Positions 7,995 through 14,383 of a DNA stretch of 31,968 nt are shown here, one piece after another. The position numbers were made by a program, and so were the translations under genes. The notes beneath the pieces are model-generated. The model did not search any database. It was not told the origin of the DNA and saw only the letters and a program-made list of their open reading frames with translations. Source of the stretch: a virus (taxonomy: Duplodnaviria > Caudoviricetes); the IMG/VR virus record IMGVR_UViG_3300001866_000029, positions 1 to 31,968 of that record. One strand, written 5' to 3'. Numbering within the stretch: the first letter of the stretch is position 1; each line of letters opens with the position of its first letter.

Positions 7995-8143
7995 AACTCC
8001 CCCTCGTCCTTCATTTCATCCAGATAGTTTTCGATAACCCGGTCAGCATCGCACGTCGGGCACTCGTCATCATCGCAGTCGAAGCACTCATCCGGCGGGT
8101 CAAGATGCTCTGCCACTGGCTCGCCAAGTACGCCCCAGCTCAT
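7991..8143 (-). CDS. Acidic 50-aa protein with CxxC-x4-CxxC, not in the ORF track
   Basis: MSWGVLGEPVAEHLDPPDECFDCDDDECPTCDADRVIENYLDEMKDEGEL; ATGA overlaps at both ends. Confidence 0.75.
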   Translation of the reverse strand: MSWGVLGEPVAEHLDPPDECFDCDDDECPTCDADRVIENYLDEMKDEGEL

Positions 8144-8418
8144 GATCGCCCCATTTCCGCAAGCTCCGCCTCGTTGCGTACTTGTAGCGTGTACCCGGCT
8201 GTCCGCAAGCGATTCCGCACCTTGGGATTGTCAGCAAGCTGGGACGCTATGGCCTCTACGCGCTCGATCGTCTTGATGCCAGTTGCCCGGTTTACAAGGT
8301 TGCACAGTGCCGCATCTGCGCCCAGGCCGTGCATGGATCGGAGCATCCGCATACCGGAGGGCGACATTATGCGCCGCATGGCTTTTTCCTCGTAGGCCGA
8401 TTCTGTGCCGCCGTTCAT
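8140..8418 (-). CDS. Hypothetical early protein
   Basis: Coupled overlaps at both ends. Confidence 0.65.
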   Translation of the reverse strand: MNGGTESAYEEKAMRRIMSPSGMRMLRSMHGLGADAALCNLVNRATGIKTIERVEAIASQLADNPKVRNRLRTAGYTLQVRNEAELAEMGRS

Positions 8419-8645
8419 GCTCTCGCCCCCTGGTTCGCCACGTTATGCAGTACGCTGTAGTCCTGCCGTGCCGCGCCGATAAGATATGCCGCAGTCGCTT
8501 CCACCGTGTAGTTGGGGTTTGCCGCGGCTACCAGTGCCGACGCTTTGGCCTTTGCCGCGCCTGCGCTTCCCGCCTTGACTTCAGTGTCCAGCGAATAGCG
8601 GCCATTCAGGGCGATTCGCACGCTGTAGTTGAATTGCTTTCTCAC
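8415..8645 (-). CDS. Hypothetical early protein
   Basis: RBS AAGGAGG, GTGA coupling. Confidence 0.7.
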   Translation of the reverse strand: MRKQFNYSVRIALNGRYSLDTEVKAGSAGAAKAKASALVAAANPNYTVEATAAYLIGAARQDYSVLHNVANQGARA

Positions 8646-8827
8646 TTGACCGCCTCCTTGGTTGACCCAAGGCGTTCCAGCTTGGCGATTTTTTCCACTA
8701 CCTCGCCCCTTCTTTTAGTGAGTGCTTTGATTGTGCAATCGATACGGCCCAATTCTTGCGTTGCCCTTTCGAGCGGTGTGCGGTTATCAACCCCTAAACA
8801 TTTCCTAGTAAACTTGTTTTTCCACAT
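8642..8827 (-). CDS. Hypothetical early protein (basic)
   Basis: RBS GGAGG; first gene after the promoter. Confidence 0.7.
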   Translation of the reverse strand: MWKNKFTRKCLGVDNRTPLERATQELGRIDCTIKALTKRRGEVVEKIAKLERLGSTKEAVK

Positions 8828-8848
8828 CTTTATTGCCCTCCGATATTG

Positions 8849-8897
8849 ATTGTCGCATGGGTCAATGTGCCTGTCAAGCTATATTTGTAACATTTAT
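8849..8897 (-). promoter_or_regulatory. Sigma70 promoter TTGACA-N17-GACAAT (extended TGn) with an AT-rich upstream conserved box
   Basis: -35 at 8872-8877, -10 at 8849-8854; upstream box shared with the promoter at 12862-12910. Confidence 0.8.
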
Positions 8898-8919
8898 ATA
8901 TTATTATTAAATAGCGGTT

Positions 8920-9252
8920 TTAGCGGGTGTAATGCAGGGCCATCTTGCCCTTGGCCTTTGCGCGGTGCTTGAACTTCCCGGCTAGGCGCGGGTCTTTCTC
9001 TAGCTCGTCGGCGTAGAATGGCAGGAAGTTATTATTGACACGCACGCCGTAAAGGATGAATAGATGCGAGCGTAAATCCTCGGCTATGTGCCTCATGTGC
9101 AAGGTACGGCAGGGCAAGAGCTTGACGGCCTCTGCATGGAACGCGTCGTACACTTCGGGATGTGCCGCATGGAACGCCGCGAACTTCTGCGCCCAGGTGT
9201 CACACGCGGGCGGGAGGCCGGGGATGACTTCGGGTTCGTAGAGTTCAATCAT
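8920..9252 (-). CDS. Conserved-looking phage hypothetical protein
   Basis: F..FH.AHPEVY..F...NNNF.PFYA..L..P.L.G.F pattern recalled from other phage proteins; RBS AGGAG, ATGA coupling. Confidence 0.7.
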   Translation of the reverse strand: MIELYEPEVIPGLPPACDTWAQKFAAFHAAHPEVYDAFHAEAVKLLPCRTLHMRHIAEDLRSHLFILYGVRVNNNFLPFYADELEKDPRLAGKFKHRAKAKGKMALHYTR

Positions 9253-9431
9253 TTCCTGCACTCCTCGCACGTCACATCATTAGCGTTAGGGCAACGTTTC
9301 GCGCCGTCGCAAGGAACCTTCCAGGCTGGCTCATTAGGCGGTAACTCCACACCATGCCCTGCATGGAAAAGCGCCGCAAGGCAGAAGCCGCAAAAGAACG
9401 CTACCGATGCAGTAATGTAAATCGCTAACAT
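9249..9431 (-). CDS. Small membrane-anchored protein with a Cys-rich tail
   Basis: Hydrophobic N-terminus and four C-terminal Cys; RBS GGAGG before ATG 9431. Confidence 0.65.
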   Translation of the reverse strand: MLAIYITASVAFFCGFCLAALFHAGHGVELPPNEPAWKVPCDGAKRCPNANDVTCEECRK

Positions 9432-9443
9432 TATTCCCTCCAT

Positions 9444-9502
9444 GCGGTTTCCCGCTATAGGCCGCTCGCGCTATGACGCGCAGTCGCTTTCCGACGCGGC
9501 CT
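9444..9502 (-). ncRNA. Compact intergenic structured RNA (three-way junction plus GNRA hairpin)
   Basis: AGGCCGC/GCGGCCU stem enclosing GUCG-GAAAG-CGAC and GCGC-GUCAUA-GCGC, then GCGG-GAAA-CCGC. Confidence 0.45.
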
Positions 9503-9507
9503 GGTGC

Positions 9508-9774
9508 CTAGAGCGCCGATGACCTAATGAGGATTTCCATGCTGTTGAGCTTGTCGTAAAATGATTCGTTGAGGTTGTAAAGTGATGCCGCAAGCGGGCA
9601 CATTGGGGGACGGTCAGCTTTGTTCCCAGCAATACCCCCAGGCACTGGAACACTTTTCAGCACTGGATTAAATACATTGTTTGCCTTTTCGAGAAGTTCT
9701 CCAAGGCGGTCGGCGTTTCGGTTGAGTGTCTCGATCTGCTCGGCAATCTCCGAAAGCCCTTTTTCCTTGTCCAT
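9508..9774 (-). CDS. Hypothetical helical protein
   Basis: RBS GGAGG before ATG 9774; the longer ORF call runs into the tRNA. Confidence 0.7.
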   Translation of the reverse strand: MDKEKGLSEIAEQIETLNRNADRLGELLEKANNVFNPVLKSVPVPGGIAGNKADRPPMCPLAASLYNLNESFYDKLNSMEILIRSSAL

Positions 9775-9817
9775 AAATCCCTCCGCAAGCCGACGCCCTT
9801 TGTCGTCCGCGCTTATA

Positions 9818-9899
9818 TAGGCGTGACGGGAGTTGAACCCGCTAGGAACGGATTTCAAGTCCGCCCAGTTGCAACCCGGTTACCGACCGGCTCACGCCC
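9818..9899 (-). tRNA. Atypical tRNA, anticodon UGA (nominally Ser)
   Basis: Acceptor GGGCGTG/CACGCCT plus A; T-arm GCGGG-TTCAACT-CCCGT; anticodon arm GCGGA-CTTGAAA-TCCGT; enlarged D region, short variable loop, no encoded CCA. Confidence 0.75.
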
Positions 9900-10026
9900 T
9901 TAAACCATCCGGTGATTACATCGCGCCACCGGCCACGTTACTTGCACACGCGGCGGGAGAAGCCGCGAGAATTGCCCTGTATAGCGGATTCCTGCCTCAT
10001 GGCGGGGTTTTGCGCCGTTTCTTGCA

Positions 10027-10380
10027 TTATCTTGCCTTCACTTCGATAAAGTTCAAATCTGGATAGACGTAGAGTAATATCTTTTTCCGAATGGCATAGG
10101 ATTCCGTGATATGCCCTTTTACATCCTCGACGATGCGCCGATTCGTCCGCGTGTCCAGGTAGCGAAAATCTGCCCGGTAGGTGAGGGCTTGCACCTTCTT
10201 GCCTTCGCGGATATACGCGGGCTGTAGGATGTAGGCGGGTTGCAGTTCCAGATCGCGGATAAGCCCTGCGCGTTCGAGCATACGAAGCTCGGCATAGCGG
10301 TTCATCTCCGCACGGCTGGCAAACGTGCGCCCGTCCATAGTGCGGGACTCCGGCGATGATACGCGGATACGGGCGCTCAT
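10027..10380 (-). CDS. DUF1064-like PD-(D/E)XK nuclease / putative resolvase
   Basis: DG.TFAS..E..RY.EL...LELQP.Y...YRADF.Y....VEDVKG signature. Confidence 0.85.
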   Translation of the reverse strand: MSARIRVSSPESRTMDGRTFASRAEMNRYAELRMLERAGLIRDLELQPAYILQPAYIREGKKVQALTYRADFRYLDTRTNRRIVEDVKGHITESYAIRKKILLYVYPDLNFIEVKAR

Positions 10381-12620
10381 TCTTCAAACTCCAACATTTC
10401 TTTCGTTGTCTCACGCTCAATATTCGCCATATTTCGGCAAGCCTGCTCGAAGTAGGAACGCTTTAACTCTACACCTATAAACTTCCGTCGAAGTCTTACT
10501 GATTCATAGCCTTCCGAACCAATTCCAGCGAACGGAGAAAGTACCGTATCGCCGGGGTTAGTCCAGAGTTGTAAAGCTCTATGGATAACCTGAAGCTGTA
10601 GTGGGCAGATATGGCGCTCGTCGTTGTGTTCCCGTGCGCTTCTGAACTGGAGCGTATCGGAGGGGTTTATATCCATCCATACCGGGGAAGCGTATCGCTG
10701 CCAGATATCAATAGACAGCCGTCCTGTCGATTGGAATGTGCCTTCTTCTCCGCAATAATGGTCAAGCTCGCCCTCGACTGATTCAGGATTGATGCCGGGT
10801 TTTCGCATGGTCACGAGGTAGTCCGGTACGCCCTGCCGACTCATGCAGGAATCTTTCGCAAGCTGTTTATGCAGTAGGCCGATTGCCTTTGTCCTTTGCA
10901 TGGCGGTAACGGGGTCCTTCCAGATACACACCTCGGAATGGTAAATAAAGCCCTCGCCCTCGAATAGCCGAATCAGATCGCCGCGAAAATCGGATATGCC
11001 GATATAGCCTTGATGCGTGATCGTAGTGGGCAGATTCATGCAATGAAAGGATACGAGTCTACCAGGCATGATGACGCGGAATAATTCCTTGACAAGAAAG
11101 CGAAGATGCTCTGCAAACTCTTTCTCATCCTTAGAATTGCCCATATCCCTATCACTATTTGAATACGTATAGAGGCTTGCAAATGGCGGCGAGAATACGG
11201 AAAAGTGTATTGATTCGCTCGGAAGTTTTGCTACTTGCTCGACGCAATCCCCTAGATACATCGTCCAGTCTTTGCCTTCTCTTTTTTCTTCCATGTAGAC
11301 CGCCCTTGATCGTTCAGTGCCTTTAATGTTTGCTTCGTTTATGGCGTGCATATTTGACACCATCATTTCAGCCATTCGCAGCGCGTCAGCCTCTTTACGC
11401 TCGATGTTCTTTACTACCATCCCTTCAGTGTCTGCTGTTATAACTTTGCATAGTACCTTGTGAGTCTGGCCGAATCTCCAGCATCGACGTATGGCCTGAT
11501 AGAAGGCTTCGTAAGAATCAGAAAGGCCGACAAAAAAGACGTTATGGCAGGATTGAAAGTTCATTCCGAATCCAGCAATCTTTGGCTTACTTACGAGTAC
11601 GCGGATTTTACCATGAGAGAAGTCAAGTAATGATCGTTCCTTATGTTCCTCAGAATCCGCGCCTTCCACTTCCACGGCATCGGGAATAAGCCTGGTTAAT
11701 TCATGGCTTTCATCGTTCAGATCGCACCATACAAGGCACTGGCCTTCGGTTCTATTAACTATTTCAGCGCACTTCAACGCCCTGTCGGATATGCTTGATC
11801 GCCTTGCTCCTTGCCGTTCCTGCAGGGTGTTAGCTTCGATGGCGAATAGCATCCCTTCAGTAGGTTCGGAGACTTCAACGGTGATCTGTTCCATTTCAAG
11901 GGGCGGGAGAATAAAATCGCCATCCTCATAACCAAGATCGGAAGGCTTGCGAATCATTACCGCCCATGAGCATACCCAATGCCAGAACTCGGCTTCGGCA
12001 TGGCCTTTCAATCGCCATGTCTGCGTTTCGCCGCCATCGTGAACAAAGAACATCGAGAGCATTTCCGTCCGCTTCATGGTTCCTAAAAACTCGGCATGAT
12101 TGCCTAATTCCATGAAGTCGTTCGGGGCTGGCGTAGCCGTACAGCATAGCCGGAAAGGGACATTGCCGAATCGCTCTATTAGCATTGTCCTATACTTGCC
12201 AGTGTAGCTTTTCAGGATCGAGCTTTCATCTAATACGATGCCTTGGAACATTTCAGGGTCGAACTTTTCCAGCCGTTCATAATTCGTGATCGTAATCCGC
12301 GAATTGATAGATCCGTCTCCAGAGTATTCTATACCCTCAACGCCGAACTTCGCTGCCTCTCGGATAGTCTGCGCAGATACCGCAAGCGGGGCAACGATAA
12401 GAACGCGCCCAGGGATATGCCGCGCCCATTCAAGTTGCATTGGTGTCTTGCCCATGCCGCAATCGGCAAAGATAGCCGCCCTGCCGCGTGCAAGCGCCCA
12501 CCTGGTAATGTCGTGCTGGAAGGGAAAGAGCATAGGATTGAGATCGTCCTTTTCGAGCGCAAAGCCAGTAGGCTTGTCGATGATTGATTTCTGCGCGATA
12601 AACTGCGAATAATCCGTCAT
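10377..12620 (-). CDS. SF2 (SNF2-like) helicase fused to a beta-class N4/N6 DNA methyltransferase
   Basis: ADCGMGKT, LDESS, TATP and QAIRRCWRFGQ motifs, then GDC, FSPPF and VLSPFAGIGS. Start moved to ATG 12620 (ATGA-coupled). Confidence 0.9.
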   Translation of the reverse strand: MTDYSQFIAQKSIIDKPTGFALEKDDLNPMLFPFQHDITRWALARGRAAIFADCGMGKTPMQLEWARHIPGRVLIVAPLAVSAQTIREAAKFGVEGIEYSGDGSINSRITITNYERLEKFDPEMFQGIVLDESSILKSYTGKYRTMLIERFGNVPFRLCCTATPAPNDFMELGNHAEFLGTMKRTEMLSMFFVHDGGETQTWRLKGHAEAEFWHWVCSWAVMIRKPSDLGYEDGDFILPPLEMEQITVEVSEPTEGMLFAIEANTLQERQGARRSSISDRALKCAEIVNRTEGQCLVWCDLNDESHELTRLIPDAVEVEGADSEEHKERSLLDFSHGKIRVLVSKPKIAGFGMNFQSCHNVFFVGLSDSYEAFYQAIRRCWRFGQTHKVLCKVITADTEGMVVKNIERKEADALRMAEMMVSNMHAINEANIKGTERSRAVYMEEKREGKDWTMYLGDCVEQVAKLPSESIHFSVFSPPFASLYTYSNSDRDMGNSKDEKEFAEHLRFLVKELFRVIMPGRLVSFHCMNLPTTITHQGYIGISDFRGDLIRLFEGEGFIYHSEVCIWKDPVTAMQRTKAIGLLHKQLAKDSCMSRQGVPDYLVTMRKPGINPESVEGELDHYCGEEGTFQSTGRLSIDIWQRYASPVWMDINPSDTLQFRSAREHNDERHICPLQLQVIHRALQLWTNPGDTVLSPFAGIGSEGYESVRLRRKFIGVELKRSYFEQACRNMANIERETTKEMLEFEE

Positions 12621-12694
12621 AGATGCCGCCATACCAGCACGATAGCGATGATAAAGAGGGCAAGCGCCCCAAGGCACAGGATGGACGCGATCAT
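12617..12694 (-). CDS. 25-aa single-TM micro-protein MIASILCLGALALFIIAIVLVWRHL
   Basis: ATGA overlaps at both ends; almost entirely hydrophobic. Confidence 0.65.
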   Translation of the reverse strand: MIASILCLGALALFIIAIVLVWRHL

Positions 12695-12855
12695 TTATGC
12701 GCCCGGATGTCGGCCAGCACAAGCTCCGCGATCCACCGGCCTGCTACGATATGCCGCTCGGTGATGTGCTTCTTGTACTCGGTACGCTCTGCGCCTGTAA
12801 ATGGTAGCCGCACGACTAGGCCCGGTTCGGGTTTCACGATGGTTTTATGTTTCAT
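12691..12855 (-). CDS. 54-aa probable ribbon-helix-helix-like regulator on a leaderless mRNA
   Basis: MKHKTIVKPEPGLVVRLPFTGAERTEYKKHITERHIVAGRWIAELVLADIRAHK; ATG begins 6 nt after TATACT with no RBS. Confidence 0.65.
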   Translation of the reverse strand: MKHKTIVKPEPGLVVRLPFTGAERTEYKKHITERHIVAGRWIAELVLADIRAHK

Positions 12856-12861
12856 AAGGGC

Positions 12862-12910
12862 AGTATAAATCAGGGCTTGCGGGGTGTCAATATATATTCG
12901 TAACTTTTAT
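12862..12910 (-). promoter_or_regulatory. Near-consensus sigma70 promoter TTGACA-N17-TATACT with an upstream conserved box
   Basis: -35 at 12885-12890, -10 at 12862-12867. Confidence 0.9.
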
Positions 12911-12929
12911 TGCATAATTCGGCAAGGGT

Positions 12930-12963
12930 AAGGAGAAGCCCACCGGGGAGGTATCCGGTGAGC
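12930..12963 (-). terminator. Probable intrinsic terminator of the late operon
   Basis: GCUCACCGG-N8-CCGGUGGGC followed by UUCUCCUU, just after the last lysis gene. Confidence 0.65.
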
Positions 12964-12986
12964 CTACGTTGTACCGCAACGCACGG

Positions 12987-13376
12987 TCAATGAATGGCGA
13001 AATAGATAGCCGCGCCTGTAGCCAAGACTACCGCGCCGCCGAGTAGCCAGTTACGGCGCGAGGCTTTCGATAGGGCGCTTTCGTAGCTCGATGCTGATTG
13101 CTTGTATTGCGTCAAGGATTGCTCTAAGCTTTGCACCGCTATCGATTGCGCTTGCAATTGCGCTTTGAGCCGTACTGATTCGGCCATCGATGCTGTCAAG
13201 GATAGCTCGGCTAGCGTCAGCTTTTGCTGTAGCAAGGTCAGCTCGTTCCTCGCTTGCTCTAAGAGCAGATCGAAGTTGTCCCATGTCGCGGGTGTATTTG
13301 ATTGCGAAAACGCCAAGGGCGGCGAGCAACAGGCAAACAATAACGACAAGCACAATACGAATGATTTTTTCCACAT
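12987..13376 (-). CDS. Spanin-like protein A: signal peptide or lipobox, coiled coil, C-terminal TM (129 aa)
   Basis: MWKKSFVLCLSLLFAC; heptad-rich middle; RRNWLLGGAVVLATGAAIYFAIH tail; TAATG-coupled to the holin. Confidence 0.7.
   Translation of the reverse strand: MWKKSFVLCLSLLFACCSPPLAFSQSNTPATWDNFDLLLEQARNELTLLQQKLTLAELSLTASMAESVRLKAQLQAQSIAVQSLEQSLTQYKQSASSYESALSKASRRNWLLGGAVVLATGAAIYFAIH
13051..13374 (-). CDS. Spanin-like protein B (i-spanin-like): N-terminal TM plus coiled coil, nested in A in another frame
   Basis: GTG start 2 nt after the ATG of A; MEKIIRIVLVVIVCLLLAALGVFAI then an Ala-rich amphipathic helix. Confidence 0.65.
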   Translation of the reverse strand: MEKIIRIVLVVIVCLLLAALGVFAIKYTRDMGQLRSALRASEERADLATAKADASRAILDSIDGRISTAQSAIASAIDSGAKLRAILDAIQAISIELRKRPIESLAP

Positions 13377-13582
13377 TATTCCATCCTTTCGGCGGATTTT
13401 CGCAGATTGGCCAGGTCGCCGATTGTCGTAAGCCCCAAGAGGATAAGCGTCGCCCCTGCGAATATGGCGATTACTTCCCACGGTGCAACGCCCCAGGACA
13501 GCGCGATTGCATTCCCGAACGATGCCAGAGCCAGGACGCGCCGCATCGAGTGGACGCCTTTTGTTTCCTCGAAGATGGTCAC
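13376..13582 (-). CDS. Putative holin (68 aa, two hydrophobic segments)
   Basis: GTGA-coupled start MTIFEETKGVHSMRRVLA..., two TM-like stretches, charged C-terminus, lysis-cassette position. Confidence 0.65.
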   Translation of the reverse strand: MTIFEETKGVHSMRRVLALASFGNAIALSWGVAPWEVIAIFAGATLILLGLTTIGDLANLRKSAERME

Positions 13583-13971
13583 GATAGCCTCCTGAAAACC
13601 CGCTTCGATATGCACTTGCCATTCTTGCGGGTCTGCGAATTGCCGAGCGGATCCCATAGATCAGCGCCCAGCCGTAACATGAAATGGACGTACTTCCAGA
13701 GCCATTCCTCAATTACCACGTCGCCGGGTTGCGGGTAATACTCCGGCCCTTCCTTACGATATGCCCATGAGCCGCCCGCGCAAAGATCCATGAACTGAGC
13801 GTGTTTCCATACAAGCATTTCAGCGCCAAGGAACTTCAACTGTTGCCCTTGGATTACAAGCTCCACCGCGTCACGTGCAGGACGGCCTGGTTTCGCGCCC
13901 TCGATGATGCAGAGCGCAAAGCATCCTTCCTCGCCCATGGTCTTGAATAGCGCCTGTATGCCCGCGATCAT
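13579..13971 (-). CDS. DUF261-like Cys-His-Asp protein, candidate endolysin
   Basis: GCFALC...HFML...WDPLG.S.T.KNG...SKRVF; lies between membrane proteins at the end of the late operon. Confidence 0.6.
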   Translation of the reverse strand: MIAGIQALFKTMGEEGCFALCIIEGAKPGRPARDAVELVIQGQQLKFLGAEMLVWKHAQFMDLCAGGSWAYRKEGPEYYPQPGDVVIEEWLWKYVHFMLRLGADLWDPLGNSQTRKNGKCISKRVFRRLS

Positions 13972-14372
13972 GCCGTTTTCCCGATGTCTTGGCAACCCAT
14001 CTTTTCAATCAGCCGCGTAGTAATCTCTTTCTTGGTCTTGCGTACCATTTCGATAGCGTCGCCCACGTTGCCATTTAGTCCCTCGCCATGTATTGCCATG
14101 AGCGAGATTTCAAGCGATTCAAGCTGGGCAAGCTGGATAGGATACAGGCAGCGTATATCCTCGCCCATGACTTTTTGATCGTGCTTAACTTCGCCCAGTA
14201 TTGTAACTACGCGTTGCAAGGTAGCATCGCGCTCAGCCTCTAGGGTCAGCTTGCGGATATGCCGCGCCCTGATGCCCTTGTGAACCTGCTTGCCGATAAA
14301 CACTATTCCGGCGACAACCGCACCGCCCGCCGCTACGATCATTGCATCCCGCAGGATGGTAAGTACGCTCAT
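13968..14372 (-). CDS. Membrane-anchored coiled-coil protein (holin/antiholin-like)
   Basis: N-terminal TM (AMIVAAGGAVVAGIVFIG); RBS AAAGGA before ATG 14372. Confidence 0.6.
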   Translation of the reverse strand: MSVLTILRDAMIVAAGGAVVAGIVFIGKQVHKGIRARHIRKLTLEAERDATLQRVVTILGEVKHDQKVMGEDIRCLYPIQLAQLESLEISLMAIHGEGLNGNVGDAIEMVRKTKKEITTRLIEKMGCQDIGKTA

Positions 14373-14383
14373 GGGTGTTCCTT

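Noticed and set aside
9444-9502. Hammerhead ribozyme
   Set aside because: A three-way junction is present, but the CUGAnGA and GAAA junction core is absent.
9508-9858. 116-aa ORF as called in the track
   Set aside because: The extension runs through the tRNA; the RBS supports ATG 9774.
9818-9899. Selenocysteine or opal-suppressor tRNA
   Set aside because: The T-loop fixes the minus strand, where the anticodon is UGA, not UCA; there is no long variable arm or extended acceptor stem. It also cannot read the TAG at 4030.
10027-12620. Bona fide Type III or Type I restriction-modification system
   Set aside because: No specificity subunit or Res-type nuclease domain seen; DUF1064-like genes are common stand-alone phage nucleases, so adjacency alone is insufficient.
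12987-13712. 241-aa ORF as called in the track
   Set aside because: The first 112 codons overlap the holin and DUF261-like genes and look non-coding; the credible start is the coupled ATG at 13376.
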